Source: Blasia pusilla (Eukaryota). From it: a stretch of 64,000 bases of DNA. The stretch is from the NCBI GenBank assembly GCA_050084515.1, contig CM114271.1, positions 36,146,001 to 36,210,000 on the forward strand, read 5' to 3'. The translations under genes and the position numbers were made by a program. This document shows, one piece after another, positions 24,648 through 39,842 of this stretch. The first letter of the stretch is position 1. Each line of letters starts with the position of its first letter. The notes under the pieces are model-generated. The model had not been told where the DNA came from. It did no database searches and saw nothing but the letters and a program-made list of their open reading frames with translations.

Positions 24648-26809
24648 GACAGGTAGAAGACGGCATTTAGGGGCATCGATCCTCATGGAAAGGATTCTTT
24701 GTACCACTGGCGATTCTTACCATTTGGGTTAAAGAACGCCCGGCCGAGTTGTAGAGGATCATGGATAAGACCTTGGCACGTGTGGATTTTGCTAGGTGTT
24801 ATATTGATGACATCATAGTCTTTAGCGCCACGGTTGAGGAGCATGAGCGACATCTAGAGGAGGTGTTTTGACAATTGCAGTAACATGGGATGAAGCTACA
24901 TCCAAGCAAGTGAGAGCTCTTCTACGAAAAAATTGAGTACCTTGGTCATACAATAAACCCAGGTGGCCTTGGTGTGCAGTTGACAAAGGTAGAGGCTATT
25001 TCACCCATTCCATGTCCTACAAATGTGAGTTGAGTTCGTGCATTCATGGGATTGGTGAGCTTCTATCGATGGTACGTCAAGGGTTTCAGTTTGATTGCGA
25101 AGCCGCTAACCTGCTGACTAAGATGGATCAGAAGTGGCACTTGGGGATGAGCAGGAGAGAGCATTCCAGCAGCTCGAGGACAAATTGTTATTTGCGCTCA
25201 TATTGTGGAGACCGATCAAGAGGCGTCCTTTCCAGTTGCATACAAATTGGAGCATGTTGGGGCTTGGAGCGGTGCTCACCCAACATGACGATCATGGTAG
25301 AGAGTTCGTGGTGGCTTACGCTAGGCGCTCAAACAACGCTGTAAAGGCAAAGTATAGCTTATATGAGTGTGAGTGCTTGGCTGCAATGTGGGTTATCGTA
25401 CATTTCATGTGTTATGTATTCGGCAACCCCTTTACCTTCATTATTGATCATCAGCCACTTAAGTAGTTGATGTAGTCCGATAAGCTTACAGAGAAGCTTG
25501 TGAGGTAGGCTCTTTTGTTGTAGAAGTATGACTTCCATGTGGTGCATAGACCTGGGATGCTCAACGAAGATGCAGATGGTTTGAGCCGTAACCTATGCTC
25601 GAGTCAGCGAGATGCATCTGGAGCTCGTTGGCATGGAGAGAGTGATGAGGAGTTGGTGCCATGATGGCACGCATCAGCCTATTTGGGCTTGTTGGCTATG
25701 GAGAGCCTGATTGTTGAGACTTCGATGGCGAGGTCTGATGGAGAGTCCTTAGATTAGAGGCCGGTGAGGAGACGACAGGTGGCCAAGATATTCACGACGA
25801 TGGAGTAGTCTTGGAGTACCTACGTACTGGCAACGTCATGAGGATAGTGGGTTCCAATGGGAGGGAACACATGTGTTGCGAATGTGGAAGGATGGTAGAG
25901 TATGTGTAGTGCCTCATCCTTCACAGAGAGCACGTTTGGTGCGTCATACCCGCAAGGAGTTGGATCATTTTGGAGTGAAGTGGACATATAGCTTACTCTA
26001 GATATAGTATTGGTGGCGAGGCATGCAGATTGACGTTCCACAGTTTGTTGCCAGGTGCATGGTTTGTGGTCGGGTCCAAGCATAATTCAATGCTCTGACT
26101 CCATAGTTGCATCCACTTTTGATCATGGGTTTAGGTTATAGATGGAGTTTGGATTTTGCAAGACCTTTGCCTTTGACGGAGCACCATAGTCATTATGTGT
26201 TATATGTCATAGCAACAAAACCACTGTGTTATCTTCCTCAAATATTTTGGATATAGCCATACAATCAAAATATGGTGGTGGAATACAAAATAAAAGAAAT
26301 CTTTGATTATTGCAAATAATGTAATACCAAAGTATTAAATGCATAAATGATAAGGAAACCCGATTCAATCATTCAATCTATTGAATAACCCAAGAGTTTT
26401 GATTCATAAAATATTTATTCATTTGTTTGTCTTGATGTTATTAATAGACACACAATTATGATTGATTTAATATGATACTTGTAACTCCAAACATACAAAT
26501 TATTTCTCATTTATGGTTGTCTTGTGATTTGTATCGTGATACAAATGGATCATTTGTATTCAATCTAAAACAACGATAAATTTGCAAAAAGTGTCTTTTC
26601 TTTATAAATAGCTACATATATGTTCAGCCTAAGTCCGCCATCTAACGTCTACTTCACATCTGTAGTAGGACAAGGCAAAAAAAACATGCACTGTTCACAA
26701 TAGTTGTAGGATTGGTGGTGTTATTGATAATGACAGATATATTGGAATTTGCATCTACATCCCTGATACGCCCGCCCCCCTCTTTGCCTATTGATGGATC
26801 GATCATCTA

Positions 26810-27560
26810 TTTGATATGGTAATTTAACTTCTTGTCTATCAACATAGCCCTCAAATAGTCTTTCACTCCCAATAGTTCATCGAGCTTGTATGGATTCTTC
26901 AACATCCTTAGTAAGATAACCTCAAGAGAGGAGATATCATAAAACTCCGTAAACGGTTGTTCTTTTAAATGATGTTTCGTTAACTTTGGAGCTATGTATG
27001 GACCGGGGTTAGGTTATGAATGTGGGTATTGAATGGAACCAACCAACCATGCGTGCTCAGATGTCTATGCAAACCCGATATCGGTAATCCTAACAAACAC
27101 TAAAGTGTGTTGAGCCTCTGAAGAGGAATTACTTGGCGATTGAAAATCCCAATTTGGAAAATGCAACAAAATATTCTGGGTGTGGAGATCCACCATGCAC
27201 CCATCTGTGGTTATAGTAATACGTGAGAGTCTTAATGAGGTCGAAGACAATGTCAACCATTCTCATTATGAACACCTTGCATTGGCCAAAATGAGGATTT
27301 TTCGGCCAAAATGTAGTAGCGATTATTGATTCCATCCTCTCCAATACCTTTCAGAGACTTCCATCATTCCAAAGGGGGAATACATACAAGAGTAGGAGTA
27401 CTCGAAATAGGAAGGTAGGAATTAGTCTGATGATTCCTACATGCTGCCTTTGCCATGCAACCATCTCCTTTTTCAACTCAAATAACCTTGATGTATGTAC
27501 TACATCTCCGTTTCACCATCATCGCTCCTAAAACATCTTTGCAAGATACGAGAATGAATC
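26810..27560 (-). pseudogene. Protein kinase pseudogene
   Basis: Frameshift-corrected translation: KKEMVAWQRQHVGIIRL...FPLWNDGSL...LTYYYNHRWVHG(+1 nt)DLHTQNILLH...VRITDIGFA...YIAPKL...YDISSLEVIL, i.e. subdomains III-IX in order. Confidence 0.75.
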
Positions 27561-29647
27561 TTCTATCCTTTTTATAAGTTTCGGCCTTAAGAACTTTCTT
27601 TGAAACATAACACATTCAACCCCTTAACAATGAAATGATTCCTCATATTCACTACTTCCAATTACTAGAATTGGAAGTAGTGAATATATCCCAAGAAATA
27701 GAGGCTATTCTCACTCACATGCTCCAAGTTATATCCATATATCCACTTAGGTTCAATTGAGGATTTCTTGTTTATGAATGCATATCATTTTTCCCACTCT
27801 CCACCCCGAGCAACAAACAACTTATTTTAATCGGGTTGAGAATTCAAGTCATTGATTTATCCTTTAAGTTAGATTTAATCCATCTTGTATAATTCACTCC
27901 AAAAATTCAATGCAAAAATATACTACTCCCAACTAATGCATCATAGTAGGAAATTTGCTAATGATTTTCCTCCCCATTGTTGAAAGATTAATCGACAATT
28001 TTAGCTATCTTCATCAAAATTCTCACAAATTTCTCAAATCCATCAAATCTTCCCTCGTTGTAGTTTCTATCTAAGATAGAAGTCTTATTAAATCTAATTT
28101 TACCCACAAACGCATCCACTTATGTGGAATTTGGGCATTATACTGTCCAAGGGCCTTCCTCTCATTCCTCCCTAACTTACGCCATTTATTCTTGCTCTTC
28201 CCTACAATGGGAAGGGATTGAGTTACGAATTTTTGGATCTCACCTTCCTTGCCTGAAGAATCTTCCATGCTATTCACAATCATACCAAAAAATTTTTGGT
28301 TACTTGTTTTTTATTAATAGATATATATATATATTTTTAATTAAAAAATATGAAAAAAACAAAGTAATTACCTCCAAAAAATCAAAAATAATAATATGAG
28401 ATCACTAGTTTGAAAAAAATGAGGATTATGAATAAAAAAAATGAACATACGTTTACTAGCTCGCCTAATTGAACGTACGTTTGTAATGAAATGCCGCGTG
28501 TAATAGTTTGGAGCATGCCAAATCAAATTTGTGGATACAAAGTATCCATACCTCAAACAATCGTAAGCGTTAACATGACAACCTGCATGATTTCGCACAA
28601 AATATAGATATCTCTTTCTGTCGCTTCCACTTAGAGTACCTAGAAAACCATTGAAAACAACAAATTGTGCTTGTAGTGACTTATAGGAAAACGATAGAGG
28701 TAGAAATGAGAATGAGGTGGAGATAAAAGTGTATGATCCATATGTAGGGGGAAATTTTTGGGTGGGGTTGGAGGGAGGGGTAGTTTTGGGTGCCGACCTA
28801 TATGTATGAGCAGATGCCTATGGGCAGAAAATCCCATATATGTGGGGTTTTTTTTCTAAAAAGAAAGAATATTTGGGATGTGCTACACCTTGTTTAAGAC
28901 CATAATTTAAAAATGAAAGATTCATTACAAACTTAGGAAAATATCCATTACAACCATTATAGCTTTTAAATCAACTTTCAATTCTCATAAAGATCGTTAT
29001 AAACATCCATTGGAATTTTTTTCCATGAATATCCAAAACAGATTTCCCCGAAAATTATGGCAAAAAAAAAGTTTAGTTCGTAAAAATTTCACTTTACTAT
29101 AAGAAAAACTTTCAAAAGAGGACTAAGCAAGGCAACAACGTCCCAAGAAGGGAAAGAGGCAAGAAATCGAACAAGAAGTGTGAAAAGAAACAACAATGCA
29201 CAAACATAAAAACAATTTAACAACCCAAGTAATTAATAATTTGAAACAATTCCGACACGAACACTAGTGGAATAGACAAGGAGATGAATAACTACCAACT
29301 AATTTAGTTTCGATGTATCAATTTGAATTCCTATCCACGTCATAGTACCACATAGATGTATGGCTATAGTAAATAGTGAGGATCGGGAAAGAAAGAGAGC
29401 ATGACTCTCAAGGGAATAACAAACACATGTTTTCATGAGAGGATAAGGGTTGGGCCATAAGGGTGTATGAGAAAAAAATTTATAATTCCTACGAACTAGT
29501 TTGGAGGGGAAGTTTTGGGAGGAGAGAAAAATGCCCTTGTTTGTACACACCACCAATAGAGTAGATGGGACCAAAAGAGAAAAAAAAAATAATATGAACG
29601 GGAGATGTATACGAGTATATGATATGGGATGAAACTACAAACTACCA

Positions 29648-29823
29648 CTAGTTTGTATACTAAGATAACCGCATGGAGAAGAGAAAATATAAGAAAAAAT
29701 ATAAACCATAGGAGCGAACCATAGTTTGTATTCCAAGATAAAATATTAAGTATATGAGGATAACCGCATGAAGAAGAGAAAATATGAACCATAGGAGGGA
29801 ACCATAGTTTGTATTCCAAGATA
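29648..29823. repeat. Imperfect tandem duplication (about 85-95 bp unit)
   Basis: GATAACCGCATG.AGAAGAGAAAATAT...AACCATAGGAG.GAACCATAGTTTGTATTCCAAGATAA occurs twice. Confidence 0.85.
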
Positions 29824-30497
29824 ATCCCACGGAGAATAAAAATACAAACAAAGATTAGCCGTATGGAGAATGTGAAATGGTGTATACCCCTCATATACAC
29901 CATTGGAGAGGATATTGGAACCCCGACATGTTACACAAATTTAATCACATTAATTTGAGTCACACAAGTGGGATTAAGGAAATGCACAATCACACATATC
30001 ACGGTCACACGAATCTGGTTATGGAGATCCTCGATAGATAGACACATAAAATTTGTATCCACGGTATGCAACAATCATCCTACACACACGGTGTTTACGC
30101 GTCATCCTACACCTACAAATTTTTTCGTAGGGATCGTACAAATATGTTAATAGACTTACATTGTTGCCACATTGAATGCAAAACATCTAATACATGTGGG
30201 GTTGTACACCAAATAAAACCTTCATGTTTCCTTTTTACTAGCAGGATGCAATGTGAAAGATATTTTGGCATTCCTTAAATATTTAGTCTTATTAATTTTA
30301 TTTTTTCTCTTAAATTTGACAGGTATCAATAATATATCAATTTTCAAAAGACAAGTTTTTCTTATACCATCAAATTTTAATAAAAATATTACTTTTCTTA
30401 AATTAACAAATAAATCAAAAAATAAGGAAACATTATAACAACTACGATTCAAACATCGGGCACACTTCTCGATTCTCGGCAGATTTTCGTGCTCCAA

Positions 30498-30546
30498 ACG
30501 CGTTGGCATCGGGCCGTTGACCATACGCGTTGGCATCGGGCCGTTG
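30498..30546. repeat. 27-bp period duplication
   Basis: ACGCGTTGGCATCGGGCCGTTG at 30498 and 30525. Confidence 0.9.
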
Positions 30547-33500
30547 GTTGTGGGGTTTCTAGAATGGGAATGTGCGCGGTGCAGCTGTCCGGATGCTAAT
30601 GAAATGACAATCCGAAGGCTTGTTAAGAGCCGCCAAGGATCTGCCATCGTTCGTTTCCGCGTGTCTTCCGGAATCCGGATGGCGGTCATTCGCTCATCCA
30701 TGAGTGATACCCTTCTGTGCAGCAGATACTGAATGTCTGAACTACACGCTGTTCATTGAACTGGAGTTCTTCACAAGCGGGCTCTAAGTTCTCACCTCCA
30801 GATTCGTTTCGATCACAGTTCACTCATGCGGATTGTGCCGTTTTCAGCTGCGGGACGAAACTTACGACTGAGCGTGCCCATGGAAGTCTTCGGTTGTGAA
30901 TCTGGGGGTGTTAAAGACCCACGTTCTGACAATCTTCCAGCAAAACGTTCCCCCGGCGCTCAAATCCTCTAATTCTCTGGCGAGGATACGTCGGATACGG
31001 CGAGCAAGAAACGTATGCAGCCACACAAGTCGGAAGATAAATGGAACTCCCACACCAACTGCTGTATTTGCGGACTATTCCAATTTTCAAACGTCATCCT
31101 GACATTCGAGAACGATTTTTAATTCCCAGCAGCCATACCTCGCAAATGATTGGTGCCGCGGATTATGGCGTCCAGACCTACGTTTGATAGTCATGAAGAT
31201 AACAGTAATATCTCTCAACTGAACGAGGTGCATAACAGATAACCTGATTCAATGAATGAGAGTGGCTACAGAGTTTTGCGTCTCCACCGTGACCAGAATT
31301 GCGTCTCCATCGTGAATGCGTACAAATAAGGGAAGGGGTCCACTTGGCTTCGCCCCTTTGCCCTTCTTTGAATTGTCCAGACCTAGTCGTGACGCGATGG
31401 ACGAAGGGACTAGAGGAGTACTAATTGGCCTAGGGAATGGACGAACAAACGTCAAGAGATCCTAAAAGCTCTGCGAGCTTGGATCGAAACCAGTTTGACT
31501 TTTGGAATCCGCTTGTTTCCAAGAACTCAGGCTCGGGGTCTGAGCGAAAGCGTTATCCAAGACCAGGTTCAGGTTTAGCGACACTGCCTGAGTCGGAATT
31601 GCTGTTCTGGTTCATACTTGAGGAAGAGTTGCACCGCTTTAACAGCTGTCTCACTCGTAATCAGCGACAGCGTAATACTCGTATCAGTTCCAGAAGACAC
31701 TCCCGCTGTTATTATTATCTTTCAATACAACGCCAAACAGACGGTCATGTTCCGATGGGTAATCTGAGGGTGATTCGTATCTATACCTATCTGACTGACC
31801 AGAAAGCCACCGCGATTCTGGCGCATTATATTCTTCTCAACGAGATTAAAAATGACAATGAACTGTCAGTGACAGAATAACTGTCTTTCAGAACCGCCCA
31901 GGAATCTTCCCAAACCTCTCGGACAATGTGGATTGGTTGGGGCTAGGTTTTATCAGCCTCTCGTTTGCCATAGGCACTCCGGTGCGTCGTGGCGTTCAGT
32001 CTCATAAACAGATCTGCTGCTTGCAATCGGCTGCAGACGGACGTTGTGTACAGCGATGTCTTATGCATCTTGCAACCCAGGTCTTCATTTTGAGCCACTA
32101 CAGCAAGTCGGTTTCACAGCAACAGTTGAGGGTTAAGAGAATTAAGAGGACCCGCAACCCTTTCTTTATACATCTAATTGCACTAGATGTATACAAGTGG
32201 TCATTAGAGCTGTGGTTTGGGAAAACAGTCAGTTATCTTCCGTGAGGTAAACAAAGTATGAGGTAATCTACTTGTTATCATGACATTTTTTACAGTCGAC
32301 ATGCGGGGCAGTTCTAAGTAGTGTAAGAAGCATGATCTCGACCATACAATGCCAAAATAATTCATTCGATCATTATTTGCATGTTTTTCTGAAGGACGTA
32401 TCTATATTCCCGACCTCCATCTTTCTAATTGTACACATTACTTTTGGAAGTATTTATCTGACGAATCCAAAGTCTAAATTAATTTGATATGCCTTTCTCA
32501 TGACTGAAACTATATGAAACTTTAGTGGTGAGGACGAGTATCCATAAATCTGGCTAGATCTATAATAGAGAGAGTAGTAAATCGGAAACTTGAATGATCA
32601 CAATGAGTATGCATAAATCTATCTAAATCTAACATGGATCGAGTAGTAACGCGGAGCCTCATTGTCTCCCTTACTAAGCATTCGTTACTTGTTTGTGACA
32701 GTTGTCCTCTTTTGATGTTTCATTTGAGGTTCGTGTTCTGAATAACGTGGATGAATGGAAAGTTAGTGACGGTGTCAATTCTTCTAGCTAGTGACAATGG
32801 CCAGTGACTATTAATTTTTGAGTGCTTTCCGGATGGACACGCATATTTTTTGCTTCTTTCGCTCTTATCTTCCAATCACTTTCAGTGAAGCAGTTACTTT
32901 GCGAGCTCAGTTGTTACTATCTTGTGAGTAAACTGCGCGTGGAGGAGTAAAGATCGCAAGTTATATTCGCTGTAAGCTGCAAGATTTTTCTCGTTTAGGA
33001 ACACCATAAAAGTGAAAAACGACAACCTAACTGACTGACTTGTATAGATGCAGATGTAGCGTAGAGATTGTAAGGCGCTTTACCTCAAATTGGAAATAAT
33101 TACCGTTTCTCCTTCAAGTAATCACGAAGAGCTCTGCGGAAATGTTAACGACAAACTCTTGAAGTTCGAAGTTCAGAAAGGTTTGGAATACATTTGAAAG
33201 AAATGACTTACAGTTAGTACCTTCGTCGAGCTTCAAATTCAAAAGTTTGGATCCAAAAGTAGTGTGATGTGGCCGAAAGAAAATGCACAGATAACTAGTG
33301 GAGACATTTTCTCCTCCATATATTAGAGCAGATGTGAATATATTCAGTCCAAAGAGACAGCTTTGCCCACTTCGCAATACCCATCATTGGAACTTGAAAT
33401 CCATACCAACGCTTATATAAATGGATCAAATCTGAACAGAAGTTGGGACAGCTGAATTGCAACGTGGCATGCGTCTGTTGGATGCCAGGTGTGGAGACGG

Positions 33501-35079
33501 TGACGACGAATGTGGAGTTGTGAGCCCTTGAATATAGACAAGAGGGGAACCGAAAGAACTCTGAAATGCTGAGAGCGGATAACTGGCCATCAGGGAATGA
33601 AGTTACATACTGTCCATGAGTGAAAAGTTTCACTGGGAATCCACATAGGTTCGAAGGTTAGAGATGTTCGCACATTACCCTCCATGAGCAACGAACTCTC
33701 AAGTGAGCCAGGAGAATTTCATTGATAACACTGGCTAGACGTTGGCATTTCCAACGTATCATCAGTCTGAACTCCAAAATCTTTGAATTCTTTCCGGTGC
33801 AAGCAACCAAGCATCGATGCTACTGAAATAGTGAGTCAGTGAGATCGTTTTATCCAGGGTTTAAAAAGAAATTCGCTCTCTCATACATGCTAGATTCATC
33901 TGCCTAAATAAGTTAGTTGATTCATCTGTAGTTGAAAGGGGGCGGCGAACTCGGCGCCATGACTTCCCACCATGCTTGACCAACGGTCGATAGAGAGTTT
34001 CAAAGCTCACATGCGAGTGATTTTACGATGATTTGGGGTAGAACTTCGGAATGTTCGAGATCAAAATGAGAACTCCACATCTGATACCATGAAGTATTAG
34101 CGTGGAAAAAAGGAAAGGTGTCAGATTGAGGAAGAAGAGTTTGATGCTCCACACAAATTCAAATTCTTTTTTTTTCCGGGAGTATAAACATAAGTGTTTA
34201 CAAATAAGAAAGCAATATCTCATAATAAATTAATAATATAAATGATGGTGTGTTACAAGGTAAGTTCTAGGACCTGGTATATAAGGGACTAGAATCCTAA
34301 GATGCACGATTCCTTATTTGATAATTCATGTTTCAATGTCATTCTCTTTACCAATCTCTTTGTATGACCTAGTTTCCTTGAACCATCTAGCAAAGAATCT
34401 ATTCTAAATTTTGGAATTTATGAAGCTCCTAGAGAAATCTTTCTCCAAAACAATTGTCGCACCTTCATAACTCATGATGGGATATTATAGCAAGATCTAT
34501 TTCTATGAGCATAGTACCTTGGAAAATCCATTATCTTCAAAAAATAAATATAGTTGCACCTTTCAAAAATGACACTCCTTACATTTATGGCACAAAGACT
34601 TGGTCAAATTAGTCAAAAAAATGAAGAAAATGAAAAAAGAAGATTAGGTCAAGGTTTTGGAGGACGTTAAGATGAAAGAATTTCCATTATGCATTTAATG
34701 GGTACCGCTGATTAAGAAGAGCAAAAAATCAAGAACTAAGTTCCTACATGTAAGTGAAACAAGAGCATGTGGGCCACTTGTGCATTCTAATGTTTGTGGA
34801 TTTATGTCCAAGGTTGCACAAAAATGGATTTGTCCATTGACATGCCCAAGGGGTCCCCTGCTCTTGTTTTTTTGTACCCCGGTCACCTACGCAGGCTTGA
34901 ATTAAGGATGCACGGTAAGGACCATATGGATAAGTGAGCTGCAAGCCCACGTCGAGCCAATGCATGGCCTGCATTGGCTGGCCCTGAATGGGCTAAACAC
35001 AGGCTAGTGTGAACTCAAGCGTGGGACCGACCCAAATGCGGGTCATGGGAATTCGAGCTTGCACAAACATGTCCATCCT

Positions 35080-37280
35080 AGGAACAAACATAAGTTTGCG
35101 GACACCAAATTTTATGTATGGAACCTTGCAGTATGCAACCTTTTCAGTTATCATGTTATCAATAATTTATTCTCTTTACTGATGATTATTCAAGGTTTAC
35201 AACCTAATACTTAATGAAGTATAAATACGAGACATTGAATGGTTTGAGATTCTCAAACCTAAATAAAAATGAGAATTCCACATTTGGTACCTTATGAAGT
35301 ATAAGAGTTATGTAGAGACTCAAAAAGGAATAAAAACTAAAAAACTAAGATATGGTAATGGAGGAGAGTACAAATCTGGAAACTTTAACAGATTGTGTGT
35401 AAAATATCATGGCATTTAATGCCAATTCACAACTCCACATACACCTCAACAAAACAATGTGGCATAAAAAAAAGAGAACACTCATTTAGGGTACTTTTTT
35501 ATGCTATTCCAATCAAATCTTATGAAATCCTATTGGGGAAAAGTAATGCACATATCTTATTATTTCCAAAATAGAACACCCATAAAGGCTATTGATGAAG
35601 ATAAGACTCCTTACAAATTATGGTTTCGAAGGAAACTTGATTTTTCTATTTTGAGGATATTTGGATGTTAGGCCTTGCCTATATTCACAAAGATAAGAGG
35701 AGGAAGTTGGACACAAAAATTTGGAAGAATGCATATTTTTAGGATATAATGAAGATCCCAAAGCATATGAACTTCAGTCAAAAAGTGTTGGGAAAATAAT
35801 TATTTGAAGAGATGTGAAGTTTGAGGAGAAATGATATACAAGCTTAAAGGAAAGCCCAAGGGTATACAAGAAGATAAAAGTTTGGAATCACATACCAAGT
35901 TTTTGTTACAATCACCAAATACAAATACTTTAGACCGTTCAGCCTTCCAGAAATGAATCACATTAATCCTTCTACACTTCCATCAATACCACAAGGAATC
36001 CTTTTTGTAGAAGTACAATTAAGTGGTAATCCATTGTAAGACACATATTATAGAGAGGGAGAAACTCCTCCCATATGAAAATTTAATGATTTAAATTGCT
36101 GGCTTCTTATGAAATAAATAAGCAAGATATAGAATTACTTCCACCAAGAAAGAGCAAAAGGATAAGGAGACCAACCCAATGTCTTCAAGATTATCATTAA
36201 TTTTTACTAAAGGACAACTAAAGGTCCAAATAATGTCAAAGAGCCTAAATTCATGGTTGAAGCATAAGCAAGTCTTGAGAGTTATCATTGGAGGAAAGCA
36301 GTTGATGAGGAGCATTTATCAATGAGGACAAATAAACTTGGACCATTATTAAGCTACCTCCAAGAAGGAAGCCGGTAGGATGTTAGTGGATATTTAAAAT
36401 AAAAAGGAAACCAAATAGGAGCATCTCTAGGTAGAAAGTAAGATATGTAGCTAAAGTATATTCACAAATTTGTGTTGTGGATTACACCAAAACATTTTCG
36501 CTATTTGTGAAAAAACCTTCATAATATCTGCTTTGGGGCCTCAACAACATTTAGAGATACATCAACTTGATGTGAAGACAACTAGTCTTTCCTTAATGGA
36601 ATGTTTGATGTGAAGCTCTCCATGGCTACTTAAAATCATATGCTACTGCAAAATATATAAATATATATATATATATATGGTACCTTGGAGCATCGAGGGA
36701 TTCATGACCTTAGCTTTGTAGTGATATGGGATAAATACATCAACTTCTTGGAATAGAAATCCGAAGAAATCACAAAGGAAGATGGATGAATATTTCTCAA
36801 GAAAGGTATCTAGTACATGGTAGAGAATCTCAACTACTTTCATGGAGTACATTGCAAGCCAATGATTACACATGTCCAACGGGCAAGTAAAGTCATGATC
36901 AAATATTCTTCTAGTATGGATTATGGAAAGAACTACATATCAAACTGTATTTGGAAGTTGAACGTGGGCAATCATGTGTACAAGACCAATCATGGGAAGA
37001 ATATCTCTATTTATGTCTAATCCTTGTCCAATACATTGGATACATCAATTTATCAAAGATATGCTTGGGACATGAATCTTTCCTACCAAGGAAAAAAAAG
37101 GGCATTAGCCTGAGTGGAAACAACAAAGCATTGTAATGGAAGCAAACATATTGATATAAAGAAGCAAGTATTGATAAGTTTAGACTATTATGATCCAAAT
37201 ATGATAGCAGATATATTAACCAAAAGTATTACTAAAAATAAATACAAATATTTAAATAGTAAACTAAGATTGAGGAGTGA
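35080..37280 (+). mobile_element. Highly degenerate Ty1/Copia pol remnant (INT-RT-RH)
   Basis: Motifs in Copia order: FTDDYSRFT, NGGEY, YTPQQN, RIFGC, CIFLGY, RDVKFEE, TWTIIKLPPRRKPVGC*WIFKIK, DYTKTFS, HQLDVKT, SKHIDIK, MIADILTKS. Confidence 0.88.
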
Positions 37281-39842
37281 ATCATTCCCCAATGGGAGTA
37301 TCTAAGATAAAATGTAAAATTTATTTCCTATACTTAAGAATATGTATCATGAATAAAAAAAACGAGAGGTCCTCGGTGCTGGTATACAGGAAATGGAGTA
37401 ACCTCATTCATTTCAATGTTCTAATAAATAAGAAGAAATCTCACCCAACCAATATTCACATGGACGAATAGCTATTTCATCCAGTTGAATATTGGTCGAT
37501 GAGATTTCGTAATTTGGACCCTTTGGCAAGGTTTCTGTAGGCCGGAAACGGATTCGTTCCTTCATTGTCTCACCTTCAACTCACAATCGTACGTACTTGT
37601 CCGGATATCACACTTCATTCTTCCAATCGCACGTACTCGTGCTACTATGTGCGCAAGCAAACCACGAGGAGCGTACATTGATCAGAACACCTGGTCCATC
37701 ATTCAAGTCTGTATGTGACAGATCTTGCAGAGCAGTCTTACTTAGAAGGCCATAGCGAATTAAAGTAATTGCAAGGCAATAGAGCGCAGCTCTAGATTTT
37801 CCGATCAGAAGATATGAATTGTTACTAAACAATTCCTCTCCATTTCAATAACGCTTCTGCTTCTAGGTGGATCCAGAACTCCCCTGAAGTGACGTTCGAA
37901 AGAACAGCAACGTGTTACTAAGATTCCTCTGTAAGTAACAGCTTCTCAGGGCTTCGACCACCAACGCGCGCGTAAGTATCCGAGCCTCGTTATACACGAT
38001 GTGAAGAGTTGCCTCGGACTCAAGTTTGGACTCAACTCTGGTATTCGACGCCATAAGCCAGGAACGCTGGCATTACATGGAGAACATGTGTGGACGCGCT
38101 GATGCGCACGTTTGGATAGGTTACCGTAGGTATTCGGCACCGAGTCCCCGACTAATGAGATAAAGACTGTCATCAATGAAGTTATGAAAACTTTCGTCCA
38201 GACAACACAAGTAGTATCTAGTATTCAGATTGCGAGAAATTGTGAAGCAGTAAGGAGCAAAGGAAGAAAGGAAAAAACCAATAGAGGGTTCTGCAATTTG
38301 AAAAGTTAGGTCCTTCGATTCAAATCTCTAGCTTTGAAAGAGGTAATTCGATACTATCCAGCACGATACTAAGTGCATATTCGCACCTGAATGTTCAATG
38401 GAGACATGCACGTGACACGACACTCTGGTGCCCCATGTAATAATTTTGTGTAAGAAATGTCATCGTGTGCTAACTCCTAATGGTGAGAGATGTCGTTATG
38501 TAGCGATGGATAAAAATCTCTGGTAATTTGGATCTGCTATGTCTACCCCACGAGCAGCTCCTAATTATAAGAAAGTAGTACCTATACCCAGTAGACAACG
38601 GAGCAGTTGATAATCCCGAGCTTTCAGCTATCGAGACTATTTCCCCCCCTTTTCCGATACTATTACCTTCATACTCATAGTACTGAACAAGCAATGCCAC
38701 ACAGGAATAATCGAGATCCAGCCTTCCGCACTAATTTTATGGTCGTCTCAATCCGAACCCTAGGCCGTCTGGGATTGTCACAGGCGTTGCTCAAAGTCGA
38801 GTATGGTTGGCCTCCTAGAGTGCTGGTAATCTGCTGTATACTTACTTAGGAGTCCCAGTTCGATCGATCCATTTTCTCCATTCAAGTCCAGTACGTAACG
38901 AACATGGACAATACGTAGTTCCAGGCCTTGAATCGGGTGGTCTTTGAGAAACGGAAGTAGCGGTTCCTGGTACATAACTGATGCAATCGTTAAAATGTCT
39001 ATACACAGACGTATCTCAAACGGGAATCCGGCTCCTTGACGCAAATGTGCAATCTCTCTGAAGGTCCACGTCCACGTATCGCTATGTACGTACGCTGCAC
39101 GGAATTCGACGCAACGCGATAGCGGACTAACGATCAAATGTCAGCGCTAGCTTTCGTGTGGTAACGTACCAAGTGATTGACTTGCTATGAAAATCGTAAC
39201 TTGTATTCTGAGGGTTCTACAAGACTAGTGTATATGACTTTGGAGTCTTGTTGAGATCAATTATCGATCGTAATTTTAGACCCATCCACTCCCTCAACCC
39301 TAAAAGCGGAGGACGAAGTAGTTAGGAGTCATTTGCAAGGTCGTCATCTCGTGAAAACCACTGTTTCGAGATTTTCCGTCATTGCCGGGAAATACTTGTT
39401 AAATCAATCTCAGCGAGAATCACTTTAAGCTAGAGCTTATGCACAGTTCTCTTGACCATATAGTTTGGAGATAGCGTTATTAAAACCGATGTTCATTGTT
39501 TTCTAAGGTGTCCATTCACGAGTTCAGAAATCATCTTGAAGCTCCTGCTCTAGAGCCACCGAGCCCAGTGGCGTTCATGGATGTCCCGGTCGAGCCAAAT
39601 GAAAGTTAACTTGAGTGTTTGTGTTTGGAACCCCATTCTCCACAAGACACCACGGCCTTTGATTGAATTGATCGGGAGAAGACTACCTACTTCGATCAAC
39701 GTATATTTTTATGTTACTCAAAGTTTCCAGCCGTCCATGGCTTGAATTGCTCATGCATGCTCGCAAAGTTGTCTGTACAAGTAGATCATGAAAATCGTAA
39801 TATGTAGTATTCCAATTCGCTTCATTATACAGTGGTACTTTG

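Larger units (their letters stand above)
11150..26200 (+). mobile_element. Older DNMT-carrying Ty3/Gypsy element 1 (gag-PR-DNMT-RT-RH-INT), split by element 2 at 15227/24648; both ends missing
   Basis: gag FNPVVEFFAELRASYQGVRTEKL; PR ILLDLGAQPLML; DNMT motifs; the RT frame HIRLED(15227) resumes as R*KTAF.GID at 24652; YIDD near 24800; RH FQLHTNWSMLGLGAVLTQ; integrase start WSLDFA truncated at about 26200. Confidence 0.9.

Noticed and set aside
30440-34020. Protein-coding gene in a CpG-retaining unique-looking region
   Set aside because: Only short ORFs without motifs or a consistent exon chain; may be regulatory or non-coding.
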